From Podarcis pityusensis (Eukaryota): DNA of 64,000 bases. The DNA lies in assembly GCA_964106645.2 (NCBI GenBank), contig OZ067053.1, one strand, 5' to 3'. Shown in pieces: positions 13,873-25,675 of the stretch. Each line of letters begins with the position of its first letter. The stretch's first letter is position 1. Under the pieces are notes generated by a model. It ran no database searches and was not told where the DNA came from. It worked only from the letters and a program-made list of their open reading frames with translations. Both the position numbers and the translations under genes were made by a program.

Positions 13873-14453
13873 TCCCCCAATTTTTTTTTTATTCATTTTC
13901 TAACACAAATAAACAATACAAATGTGAAGATTTTTGTGGTAAAAGTAAGTGTGATAAAGAGATGCGGGTGGTGCTGTGGATTAAACCACAGAGCCTAGGA
14001 CTTGCCAATCAGAAGGTCGGCGGTTCGAATCCCCGCAATGGGGTGAGCTCCCGTTGCTCGGTCCCTGCTCCTGCCCACCTAGCAGTTCGAAAGCACGTCA
14101 AAGTGCAAGTAGATAAAGAGGTACCGCTCCAGCGGGAAGGTAAACGGCGTTTCCATGCGCTGCTCTGGTTCGCCAGAAGCGGATTAGTCATGCTGGCCAC
14201 ATGACCCGGAAGCTGTACGCTGGCTCCCTCGGCCATTAAAGCGAGATGAGCACCGCAACCCCAGAGTCAGTCACAACTGGACCTAATGGTCAGGGGTCCC
14301 TTTACCCTTTAAGTGTGATAAAAAAAATGGTTAAAAATTATGATATATGAAACTGCTAAAGATGAGGTAAAATGAAAATCAGACGGGGGGACTTGGGGAA
14401 GCTCACCTAACAATGTTTAGAAAAAATAAGGATAAGACAAGAATTTGTTTGTA
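13873..14453 (-). mobile_element. LINE 3' insertion with apparent 5' inversion, hosting a Sauria SINE
   Basis: 16-bp TSD tgcccaatcctctttt at 13857-13872 and 14454-14469. Confidence 0.7.
13959..14309 (+). mobile_element. Sauria SINE, full length, 13-bp TSD taagtgtgataaa
   Basis: TSD at 13946-13958 and 14310-14322. Confidence 0.9.
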
Positions 14454-14681
14454 TGCCCAATCCTCTTTTAAAGCCATCCAAACTGGCGGCCATCACTGCC
14501 TCCTGTGGCAGCATGTTCCGCAGTCCAGCTATGCACTGTGTAAAGGGAGACTTCCTGAATCTTCCAGCCTCCCCCTTCATGGAGAAAGCCGTCTGGTTGG
14601 CTGCTGTGGGAAGAGGGTGGTGCCTGATTGGCTGCCTGAGGTAGGGACAACTAACTCACTGCCTGCCTTTTCCCTTCTCAG

Positions 14682-14842
14682 GAGGGACGAGGAAGGTGTG
14701 CAGATGACGGCCCAGCAAGTGTTTGAGGAGTTCATATGCCAGAGGCTTATGCAGGGCTACCAGCTCATCGTGCAAAGCAAGCCTCAGAAGCCGCCTGCAG
14801 CCGTCCAGCCGCCTCTCAGCAGCAGCCCCTTGTACAGCAGAG
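14682..14842 (+). CDS. DEPDC5: DEPDC5 exon 12: [27 protein letters not shown]...SSSPLYSR
   Basis: tctcag|...g|gtaagg. Confidence 0.95.
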
Positions 14843-15195
14843 GTAAGGGCCTGCCCAAGACCCTCTCTTCCTCCTCCTCCTCTTCCTCCATTTTAAGGAG
14901 GGAGATTAATGAGTTCAGATTAGCCCTTTGCTGACTTGGAAATGCAGTTGAGCAATGGTGGGAGACAAGCCCTCTTCCCAGGCTATGCCTGTGCAACACC
15001 CCTCACCAGCCTTGCTTTGCACCCTCCTGGAGTGTTTTTGCCTGGCTGCGATGTGTCATTGAACTCCGATTGTGTCTCTGGCTTGCCGGATGGAGGGGAG
15101 AGATGGTGGCGGTGCATGCATGTGTAGAAAGCAGCCTACTGTACAGAGTTAAAATGCTTCTGTGTTTTTATTGCTGCAAACCACTTTGATATATA

Positions 15196-15452
15196 CCGTA
15201 TTTTTCGCTCTATAAGATGCACCAGACCATAAGACGCACCTAGTTTTTGAAGGAGGAAAACAAGAAAAAAATAATTCTGAATCTCAGAAGCCAGAACAGC
15301 AAGAGGGATCGCTACGCAGTGAAAGCAGCAATCCCTCTTGATGTTCTGGCTTCTGTGATAGCCGCGCAGCCTGCATCCGCTCCATAAGACGCACACACAT
15401 TTCCCCTTACTTTTTAGGAGGGAAAAAGTGAGTCATAGAGCAAAAAATACGG
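15196..15452. mobile_element. Tigger/pogo-like MITE family C (TIR CCGTATTTTT)
   Basis: TA|ccgtatttttcgctctataagatgc...aaaaatacgg|TA. Confidence 0.82.
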
Positions 15453-15528
15453 TATATATATTTATTTACGATATATTTGATATTTATTTATTTATTTATT
15501 TATTTACGATACCCTTCCTACAAACCAG

Positions 15529-15646
15529 GCCTCGTGTCACGAATCCGGGCTGAAGAGGAGGACCAGTACTGGCTGAGCATGGGCCGCACCTTCCACAAAG
15601 TGGTATTGAAGGACAAAATCATTACCGTCACTCGGTATTTGCCAAA
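15529..15646 (+). CDS. DEPDC5: DEPDC5 exon 13: [40 protein letters not shown]
   Basis: accag|...aa|gtgagt. Confidence 0.95.
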
Positions 15647-16046
15647 GTGAGTAACTTCGGCAGCCTTAGGTCAGGAGTGAGGAACCCTTTTGGCTCTGTG
15701 GGCCAAAATCCATCCATTCTTCCTTCTTTTCTTCCTTCTGTCAAATCTGATTGAGAGGTGGGTTTTACCACCCACCCGTCAGAATCCCTTGCATGAGGTT
15801 TCCAGGTTTGGGAGCCATAGCGCAAGGGGCGTTGCCAGCCATACACTTTGCAAGCCTCGCACGCTTCTCCTTTCCACCTTGGATGATGGAACAAGTCCCT
15901 CTCCTACAAGGCACAGTGTTTGGTTTGTTATATATAGGGGGTGAGGTGATCTTCTGGGTATTGATCTTCAGATGGAACTCCAGGGCCAATGTGGACTAGC
16001 TGCTTGGCTTTAAAAAATATGAAAATAAAAAAGCTTGTGGGTTTGA

Positions 16047-16244
<198 letters not shown>

Positions 16245-17474
16245 TAAGTGCTGAGCAGCCTTCAATGACCTGGTGCTCTCCAGGCATGTTTGAAATTCAC
16301 CAGGCGCATTTTGCATCTGGCTATCGGCCACTTGCGACCAAGTGAAGATGCCTGAGTGCCAGGATGGTGCCTGACATCTCCACCATCTGGAGGTGCATGC
16401 CTGGGGATCCTTGGATTTTCCCTGTTTTCATCACATCCTATAGAATTCTACCTGTGATATTTTATCTGCATGATCGGAACAAATTTCAGGAGCCAAAAAG
16501 TTGCGTTGAAAAATATGACTTTTGAGCCGTCCGGCCACAAAATGGCAACAAGAACTTCTGTTTCGGCAACTGTAACCATGGTTTAAGGAGGCATTTGGTA
16601 CCTAGCTTATATATCTGAGTTTTTAACACTGATCTCCAGCTGTGTTTGATATCAGTTCTTCAGAAGAATAGGATGAACTCCTAAAGCAGCATAAAAGTGT
16701 TTCTTTTGATACTTTTAGACTTGTTTTCTCATAGTAATTTGGGCAATTTGTCTATGTCTGGCTGGCTGCTCCCTGTATTGCATGGAAATCTTACTTGTGT
16801 TGGATTTGTGTGTGTTCTGGTTGTGACTGCTCTGCATCTTTTTTAATGTAACAGACTTGTTTTGCTTTGTTTTGTTTTGTTTTTAAAAAAGAAGCCCACA
16901 ACTCTGGTCTCTGGAGTGTGGCAGCAACCCAGTACAGCCGCTGCAGCTCCTGCATCAAGCTTGAGAAGGAGATGCTTCGATGGGGATCTTCTTGTGTACA
17001 GGGGAGGGAGCCATGTCAACCTCTGGGCTGCAGGCTGGCCAGCAGCCCCTTGCCTGGTTGCCCCACGTGGCCAGGAAGCATCCCCTCCTGGCCCCCAAAC
17101 TCTGAAGTAGAATGAGAGTTTGGCTCCTCCTTTGCTGCCAGGCTGCAAGGGGTGAGCGCAGATGGGTAGGAAGAGGTGTAGAAATCTGTAAAATATGTTT
17201 GCAAGGTTGGTTGACTTGACACTTAACTCAAATTGAGCAGCTTGGCAGACGTTTGCCATACATGACACAGAATCGGAAAATTTTAGAATTGGGAAGGGTC
17301 ATCCTGCAAAGCAGGAATCACGGCCAAAGAATCCCTGACAGATGGCCATCCAACTTCTTGTTTAAAAACCTCCAGTGAAAGAGAGTCCACCACCTTCCAA
17401 GGGAGCCTGTTCCAGTGTCGAATGTCTCTTACCATCTGGAAGTTCTTCCTAATCTTTAGTTGGAATCTCCTTTA

Positions 17475-17942
17475 TAGTGGTACCTCGGGTTACAGACGCC
17501 AGTGTGGTGTAGTGGTTAAGAGCGGTAGACTCGTAATCTGGTGAACCGGGTTCGATTCCCCGCTCCTCCACATGCAGCTGCTGGGTGACCTTGGGCTAGT
17601 CACACTTCTCTGAAGTCTCTCAGCCCCACTCACCTCACAGAGTGTTTGTTGTGGGGGAGGAAGGGAAAGGAGAATGTTAGCCGCTTTGAGACTCCTTAGG
17701 GTAGGGATAAAGCGGGATATCAAATCCAAACTCTTCTCTTCTTCAGGTTACAGACTCCGCTAACCCAGAAATGGTACCTCGGGTTAAGAGCTTTGCTTCA
17801 GAATGAGAACAGAAATTGTGCTCTGGTGGTGCGGTGGCAGTGGGAGGCCCCATTAGCTAAAGTGGTACTTCAGGTTAAGAACAGTTTCAGGTTAAGAATG
17901 GACCTCCAGAACGAATTAAGTTCTTAACCCGAGGTACCACTG
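17475..17942. mobile_element. MITE family A interrupted by a tRNA-derived SINE
   Basis: TIRs at both ends; SINE at about 17498-17741. Confidence 0.88.
17498..17741 (+). mobile_element. tRNA-derived SINE (A box tggtgtagtgg, B box ggttcgattcc; ctctt tail)
   Basis: Pol III boxes plus a body shared with MIR-like squamate SINEs; splits MITE A. Confidence 0.8.
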
Positions 17943-18015
17943 TATTGTCCAAAGACACACGCACATTATGATTTCCATGTGTTTCTCCACCCCACCCCCC
18001 TTGGCTTCCCCCCAG

Positions 18016-18235
18016 TCTCATTGAGTCGCTGAAATTCTGGCGGACTCGCTTCCTGCTGCTGCCGGCCTGCATCAGTGCCACGAAGCGCATCATGGAGGGC
18101 GAGGCGCACTGCGACGTCTACGGGGGCAAGGCTCGCTCGGACGAGGAGGAGTGGCAGCTCCTGGATGGCTTCATCCGCTTTGTGGAGGGGCTGAACCGCA
18201 TCCGCAGGCGCCACCGGTCGGACCGGATGATCCGG
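18016..18235 (+). CDS. DEPDC5: DEPDC5 exon 15: [19 protein letters not shown]...[11 protein letters not shown]
   Basis: cccag|...cgg|gtgagc. Confidence 0.95.
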
Positions 18236-19194
18236 GTGAGCCGGTGACCTGAGCCAGCGCTCTTTGAATTTTTGTGGGCCCCTTCACACATTCTGCAAGG
18301 CGTATCGGGGCCTTGTGGCCTGCATGCTGACTTTTGGCAGGGAGCTGCTGCCAGCCCCTGCTCCCTTGCGAGCCTACCTGCTCGTGATGCTAGTCAGTCT
18401 TTGTACCACTCATGCTTTTTCTCCACACCTTTGCCAGATTTTAATTCTCATGGGAGTCAAACAGGTATAAAACTGATGTAACAATTTCCTAGTGGAGACT
18501 GAGCTGAGGAGGGATTTTTCTAATCACAGTCCTATAGTTGAAGAGCTACTGAAACGTCATGTGACTTAATACCTCTGGCTCCATGGTAGAGTACAGGCCT
18601 CTCCCCACAACATGGGAGTTACATTCCCAGGTAACACACATGTGCATGAAATTGTGTATAGTGGGGACAGCCTCTAAACATGCTCTAAACCTCTGGAAAC
18701 CCTTGAAAAAAACCCTTTTAAAAACCAGCAGCACTTACCAGACTGGCACAAATCACTCCCTACAAACCATTCTCAAACTCCCAACTCTCCACAGGCCTCA
18801 AAGGTCAGTGCAAAGGCTTATGGGGTTGAAGTTGCCAAGGCTAACCATCCTCCCGCTCTCTTTGCGCCATTTTGCAGTTTAAACCGATTAATGATTTCCC
18901 AGTGCTGCACGTATGCATGGCCGCATGCGAGTCAAACACACGTATCTGGGGAGACTTCTATACCGGCTCTGCATTCAGAAAGTCCCAGGTGCAGTCTCTG
19001 TTGGCATCGCCAGACTCCCTGCCTTAAAAACTAAGGAACCACTGCCAGCCAGTGTAGGGAGTACTGAGCTAGCCAGACCAATACTCTTGATTTAGTATAA
19101 GTCAGATTATGATGTTCTTGTGACCTGTTTGTTTTCTCTGTGTGTTTCCCCCTCTTCCCTTTCCATTGCCCCCCAATGATCCCTTTCTATTTAG

Positions 19195-19331
19195 AAAGGG
19201 ACCACTATGAAAGGCTTGCAGATGGCGGGTCCGCTTTCCGCTCATTCTTTGGAACCGTCCGGGCCTCCCCCTCTGGGTAAGAAGGGGACCTCTGCACTCT
19301 CGGCTCTGCTGGAGATGGAAGCCAGCCAAAA
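19195..19331 (+). CDS. DEPDC5: DEPDC5 exon 16: [20 protein letters not shown]...LLEMEASQK
   Basis: atttag|...aa|gtgagt. Confidence 0.95.
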
Positions 19332-19372
19332 GTGAGTTGGGACACTAAGCAGTGTGTTGAGTGTCATGAATT

Positions 19373-19604
19373 ATTATTTTTTTAAATAGTTTTTATTGAG
19401 AATTTCAACATAACAAATTATCAAAAACGTATCATCTTCATTTCCCGCCTCCCCAAGAAAAACCCACCCACCCCCAGACTTCCCTCAGCTTCTCTCTCCG
19501 GTTTTTCAACACATATAATTCTCTGCATATTATAAAATAGTAAAGATCCTTAAATTATTTATCTATTATGTTAACAATAATAAATTTATGTATGTTTATT
19601 CAAA
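19373..19604 (-). mobile_element. LINE 3' tail insertion
   Basis: 14-bp TSD gagtgtcatgaatt at 19359-19372 and 19605-19618. Confidence 0.75.
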
Positions 19605-19607
19605 GAG

Positions 19608-20252
19608 TGTCATGAATTCTACTCATATTGATCCAGAGCAAATTCCAGCATATAATTAGCAGAGTAAAATCTAAAACACGTTGCTGGATTCCCAAAGGCA
19701 TAGACTAGAGGCAATTAATATTCCATCCAGCAGACCTTTACTGCTACTGGAAGGCAAATGAGCATAACGGTCACAAATCCAATACATTCAGGATTAGCAC
19801 TGTTCATAAGAAATCCAGTTGCAGCAGGCTTGACTTAACAGTAACTTATAATAAGACTAAAACCTTAACACTAAGCATACTATATACAGAACATGACACC
19901 AGAAGGAAAGAGAGATAGAAAAGAGTGAAACCTAGACTCCTTCTGGCCTTATTATTATAGTCAGCATGACCTTGACTGAAGAGATAACAGAACCAGTTTA
20001 AGCCAGCTGTACTCAGCTTCTCTGAAGGAATAACCCAAACATCATGAACCTTCTGCTTGTTTCTAGGCAGAATAGGAACTTACGTGTCAGCTAGAAACTT
20101 CCAGCTTGCACCTGTTTGTATCACGCAGAGAAGCTTCCAGAGCCCTCTTGAATTAATTAGAATAGGAAAGATCTCTCCACATATAGGAAAGATCTCTCCA
20201 CATCAGATCAATAATTTCTGAACCAGAGCAACCGACGTGACTTTGTGCAACA
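19608..20252. repeat. Interspersed repeat copy 2 (solo-LTR-like, TG...CA), with a 21-bp tandem duplication at 20162-20203
   Basis: Same orientation as copy 1; boundaries approximate. Confidence 0.7.
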
Positions 20253-20385
20253 GGCCACATTCTGCGCAGAAACACACATGCAGGTTGAAAGGGTCGAGTG
20301 GGCAGCCAAACTGTTCTTGTGGTTACTTCCCGCAAATAAGAAGTGTGAGTTCATCCCTCTTTTCTGCCTACACTTTCTTCTCCAG

Positions 20386-20509
20386 GACTCTGGGAGAGCA
20401 GCAGGCGGCGGCAGCAGCAGCAGCACTTGCTGGGAAGAGCTCCAGCCAGCCAGCCGAGAACAGCAGCAGCATCGCCATGACACCGACATATGTGGACAGT
20501 CCACGCAAG
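20386..20509 (+). CDS. DEPDC5: DEPDC5 exon 17: TLGEQQAAAAAAALAGKSS...MTPTYVDSPRK
   Basis: ctccag|...aag|gtaagg. Confidence 0.94.
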
Positions 20510-20967
20510 GTAAGGACACGGCCTCTGGGGCTTGGTTTCAAAGAGGCCACGTTTGCCCCATGCATGTTGCTGGCATGGACCCATCTGCTAACTCTTCCGG
20601 CCGAGCTGTAGCCTCACTCGCTCCATGCGGGGTCATGACTCTGTTGTCTGTGTGAGGGAATTCCAGAGGGTTTGACCACACCGTCCGGGAAAACGTAAAG
20701 AGACACAATGAGGAATCTTGAGTGGTGTCTGTAACAGCTTCCGGTTTGGATGACTTTAAAAGCGGGGTTCGTCCCGTTCACTGAGGACAAGACCATCAGC
20801 GGCTGCAAGTCAGTGATAGCTGTGCTCTCCCTCCTCTGTCAGAAGCAGTACACTCAAGAACCACAAGTGGGGAGAGCACTGCTACGTTCAGGTCCTGCTT
20901 GTGGTTGTCTTCTCCTTGGACTAGATGGGCCATTGGCCTGATCCAGCAGGCTCTTCTTGTGTTCTTA

Positions 20968-21274
20968 CAGTGGTGCCTCGCAAGACGAAATTAATCCGTT
21001 CCGTGAGTCTCTTCGTCTTGCGGTTTTTTCGTCTTGCGAAGCACGGCTATTAGCGGCTTAGCAGCTATTAACGGCTATTAGCGGCTTAGCGGCTATTAAC
21101 GGCTTAGCGGCTTTAAGAAAAAGGAAACAAACTCGCAAGAACTCGCAAGACGTTTCGTCTTGCGAAGCAAGCCCATAGGGAAATTCGTCTTGCGGAACGA
21201 CTCGAAAAACGGAAAACTCTTTCGTCTTGCGCGTTTTTCGTCTTGCGAGGCATTCGTCTTGCGGGGCACCACTG
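20968..21274. mobile_element. MITE family B with internal gcggctattagcggctta-like tandem repeats
   Basis: TA|cagtggtgcctcgcaagacg...cgtcttgcggggcaccactg|TA. Confidence 0.88.
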
Positions 21275-21699
21275 TACATGTGTACGTAGCCTTGTGCAAA
21301 CGAGTGTCTGTGAGGAACTATTTGCAGCCCTTCCACTTCAGCAGAATCCATCCAGTCCCTTTGGCTTGGTCCAGCTGTTGTGTTTTTGTTTTGGTTTTAC
21401 ACTGGCTTCTTCAAAACTTAACAAAAACACGGGTGGACGAGGAGTTTCTCTGGGTCAGCCAAGCTACCTGGATTTGTGCATCCTTTAAAGGAGAGAGGGT
21501 GCAGGTGTGAAACAGGGAGCCGGTTTGGAAAGGATGTCGGACGGCCATCCTCCCAAGCCTTTGTAAATGTTCGCCATGCTGAAGGGCCTTTGCGTTGGTG
21601 TTTCAGTGTGATCTATCGGCTGTGCGGAGCAGTTAACCAGGTTGAAATTAAAATAAGCTGAATGCGCTGGCATTCTATGCCTTTTCTGATAACATCGTC

Positions 21700-21995
21700 G
21701 GCCTGGATAGCTCAGTTGGTTAGAGCGTGGTGGTGCCAGGGTTGCAGGTTCGATCCCCATATGGCAGTGGTGGCCAAACTTGGCCCTCCATCTGTTTTGG
21801 AACTACAGTTCCCATCATCCCTGGCCACTTGTCCTGTTAGCTAGGGATGATGGGAGTTGTAGTCCAAAAACAGCTGTAGGGCCAAGTTTGGCCACCACTG
21901 CCATATGGGTACAGCTGCATACTCCTGCAATACAGGGCATTGGACTAGATGATTCTCAGGGTCCCTTCCATTTCTACAATTCTGTGATTCTATGA
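21700..21995 (+). mobile_element. SINE with tRNA-Ile-like head and CR1-type 3' tail, split by the hAT MITE
   Basis: tagctcagttggttagagcgtggtg...ggttcgatccc head; gggtcccttcca...attctgtgattctatga tail. Confidence 0.8.
21765..21900. mobile_element. hAT-type palindromic MITE, 136 bp, 8-bp TSD CCATATGG
   Basis: TIR cagtggtggccaaacttggccct; TSD at 21757-21764 and 21901-21908. Confidence 0.9.
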
Positions 21996-23396
21996 AGGGC
22001 AGAGGATTGGAGCTCTTGGGAGTTCTAAAAGTGCATCGCATTATTATCCCAGTATTGCAGAGAATGGGCTGAAGCTGAAACCCAGTGCCTTGCTTCTGCT
22101 ACCAACTGGCAAAGTAGCCTCAGGCAAGGTTTAAGATGGAGTTGATGCAGTTCCCATGCTTAGTCACACCATGCTAGGAGTTACCTTGGCTATTAAGACC
22201 CAGGTTGCGTATCTAGGAAACTGCTGCACCAAGAAAGGCATTAGATGCACCATCATGGAGCAAAGGCCTCTCCTGATCACATGTGAAAAACCTGGAGAAA
22301 CTCCACCCTCCCAGTGAAACTGAGAAATAAAGTTATACATGGCAAGGAGAGATGCTGCAGCTCATGGACATACAGTGAAACTGAATGTTGGAGAATTCAG
22401 GATGGGTGAAAGAAAGTCCTTTTTCACACAAGAGTTAAACTTCCAGAGGCAATGATGGCCAACAGCTTATGAGAGTCTTTGAAAGAGGATTCAACAAATC
22501 GATGGAGGGGGATAAGGCTATGTTCTCACTCCACTGGTGGAGACAGTAAATGCCTCTGGATACCAGTTGCTAGAAACCACAGAAGGGGAGAGCGCTGTTG
22601 TTGTACTCAAGTCCTGCTTGTGGGTTTCCCTTGGCAACATACAGTAGACCTCCCCGCTCCAGGAAAGACACCCCCTTGCGCCCCTTCCCCATACTTTGAA
22701 TGGATGATGTGCTTGCAGGAAAGTGGGCGTGTTTTGCATGCCTTCCCATTGCTATGCAACCTTCGTTGCTTCTTGAAATTAAGAGCCCCCATGCTGTTAT
22801 GCTAGGACCTTGTGGTCAGGGCAGTGGAAAAGTCCAGAATGTGGACAGGGATTGAGCACAAAATTTGGTTTGCTTGGAATCTCAGCTTGCTTGCTTGCTT
22901 GCTTGTCCGTTTGTTTGAAGGGCAAGTTTCTAGCCCTCATGCCTGAGAGGAAAGCATGCGGGAGATGCCTGACGAAATCCCAGACACCAGAGGAATGGTG
23001 GAGTTAGATGTTTAATGCCTGCAAGAAGCATCTGCGTCATTTCGCTCTTCCCGTGGCAAGCAAAGCAGATTCAACATGTGGAGGTCACGCATGCTGCAGG
23101 CTCCTGCTTTCTTCAGTGCAGAATTTTGATTCCCAGGGTGCATGGATCCCTAATGACTTTGTTTTCAGGGTGTTGAAGCCCTCCTGGCCCGGCATGTGGT
23201 GCTTCAAAGTGCTTGCTCTTTTCACCCTGGGGGAGGCCCCTCTCTGGGTGCTGGAGGTGTTTCCTCCCCCTTCCTTGCCGCCTCCTTTGCCCTTCCTCCT
23301 CTTCCTGATGGTGACAGTTCTGCACAAACGTGTGTCTTCCTCCCCCATCTTGTTCCTGCTGCTGCCACCCACGGCTTTTTGCTCTGATGCCTTCAG

Positions 23397-23459
23397 GATG
23401 GGACCTTCTTTGTGGAGTATGTCCGGAGCCCACGCACAGCGTCTGCCTTCCACACGCAG
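23397..23459 (+). CDS. DEPDC5: DEPDC5 exon 18 (symmetric, probable cassette): [21 protein letters not shown]
   Basis: ttcag|...cag|gtcagt; 63 nt, phase 0/0; matches human [22 protein letters not shown]. Confidence 0.9.
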
Positions 23460-25364
23460 GTCAGTTTCCTGACAGGCCCCTGCTGTCCCTTGGTGCAGCT
23501 GGTCTTTTTAGCGGAGCCCCATTATCTCTCCCTCTGCTACCACTTCTGTTCTCCTCTTCCTGGGTTCTTATGGAACTCCCTCCCACTGGAGGCAGTGGTG
23601 CTGGGATTGCTTTAAAAGAGGGTCAGGCAAAACAACAGAGGAGAATAAGGATATTAGTGGCCACCAGCCATGACGGCTCTGCTCTGCCTCTATGGTTGGC
23701 AGCGATGGTTCTGAATGCCAGTTTCTGCAAACCACAGAAAGGGAGACTCGTCTTGCACTCATCCCCTGCTTGCAGGTTTCCCAGAAGAGGCAACTGGTTG
23801 GCCTCCTTGAGGAACTGGAGGCTGGACTAGATGGGCCACTAGCCTGATGTCCTCTCTCTTATTGGGCTCTGAGGGTTCTGCATCCCAGGAGGCTCACACC
23901 ATCTTCTGCGGCCAGGCAAGATCTTTTTTTCGGTGCGTGACCTGCTTCTAACAGTTTTGAGAGCAGAGGATGCTGGAATTGCAGGAGGTGGAGGGAGGAC
24001 GAAAGTGCCATTGGGAACATGCAGTACCGGTTAATATATAATGAGAGCTGTTCGTTCCTCTTCAGAGAAGGCTGGAGGGGATCCAGGGCGAGGCTGGCTC
24101 TGCAATTCCAAGCAGAGCATCTGTTCCTCCTGGCTGCTGAGACAGTGTCATGTAGGTGGTGAGGGGGGAGGGTGTGAGGGTGTGAAGTGCGGGGCAGCGG
24201 GGAGGTGTCACATAAGCTGGGCCTGCAGGAAGCCATCCGTCCCCAGGCGGGCAGGGGGCTGCAGTGACGCTATTTGTTCCTCTTTCCCCCACCCTCCCTT
24301 TTTAATCGTTTTTTGTTGCCTTCTTGCAAAGTGAAATAAGAGTCAATAGAACTTAAATAACTGCTTAAATAACCTGAAGAGGGTTTCTTGTGTTCAGAAA
24401 GATAATGAAGGTTGCAAATCACTCGACTGTGGTGTGAATTGAAACGCCTCTGGGAAAACAAAAAACAGATTGTCTCTCAACTCGGAACCCTGATTTAGAG
24501 ATGGTGGTGGAGGGTTTGGAAAGCGGCTGAGATTTTATTCATTTGTCGCCTTCATCTCCCACCTTTTTCTCCCAAGGAGCTCAAGGTGACGTACATGGTT
24601 CCCCCTTTCCTCATTGAATCCCCACAACACCTCTGTGAGGTAGGACAGGTAGGGACAGACCTGAGGCCAGGCCCAGTGAGCTTTGTCGTTGAGTGGGAAA
24701 TTGAGCCCTAGTCTCCCAGGTCCAAGTCGGATGCTCTACCACTGAACCACCCCTTCAAAGGAATTAGGAGGATGGTATCCGTTAACGATTGCTTATGAAA
24801 TTAGATGGAAGTTTTGCTCAGCGTCGGAACAGATCCATAGGTGCTCAAGACAATCATTAATTTTAAGACCTTAATTTGGACTGTGATGGCTCCCTCTCTT
24901 CCCTTAGCCCCGCTGCCGGCTGAGGCCTTCAGTGCTTCATTTGTGCGCATGCACCCCAGTGCCTCATCTACCAAAGCTTTGACATACTGTGTTGTTAGCA
25001 GCAGATGGGATCCGTTTTGGGGGCAGCTGGCCTCGTTTTGACGTGGAGGCTTTTGAGGCTCGCATTCCTTCCAGAAGGTTCTTTGTTGTTCATTCCACCG
25101 CAACTCCCAAGCCTTCCCTTGGATCGTCCCACTTTCCAGTCCTTGGGGGGGGGGATGTTCTGTGTCATCACACAAGCTGCAAGCCTGACTGGTCGGAGGA
25201 GAGGAGGAGGAGAACATCTCAGCTCCTCTCCCCTTCCCCAAAAACTCAAATTTTATGTTATTGCATTTCAAACCACCTTTTTTTCCTCCTAAGGAGCTCC
25301 AGGTGACGTACATGGTTCCTCCCCTCCTCATTTAACCCCCTCCCCCAAACAGCCCTGTGAGATA

Positions 25365-25675
25365 CCATATTTTTCGCTCTATAAGATGCACTTTCCCCCT
25401 CCTGAAACATAAGGGGAAATGTGTGTGTGTCTTATGGAGCGAATGCAGGCTGCGCAACTATCCCAGAAGCCAGAAGAGCAAGAGGGATCGGTGCGCAGTG
25501 GTGCTCTTGCTCTTCTAGCTTCAGGGATAGCCACGCAAAGCCTCTTGAGTGCAACTGGAGCGCTCCTCCCTCTTCGCTCAAGAGGCTTTGCGTTGCTTTC
25601 TTTTTTCTTGTTTTCCTCCTCTAAAAACTAGGTGCGTCTTATGGTCGGGTGCGTCTTGTGCAGTGAAAAATACGG
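25365..25675. mobile_element. MITE family C inserted in a - strand tRNA/MIR-like SINE
   Basis: TA|ccatatttttcgctctataag...aaaaatacgg|TA. Confidence 0.82.

Noticed and set aside
20968-21274. Regularly spaced ttcgtcttgcg motifs resembling a CRISPR-like array
   Set aside because: Eukaryotic context; these are subterminal repeats of a TA-flanked MITE that has a second copy at 39090.
21700-21765. tRNA-Ile-like sequence as a genuine tRNA gene
   Set aside because: The anticodon arm is deleted and the sequence continues into a CR1-type SINE tail, so it is a SINE head.
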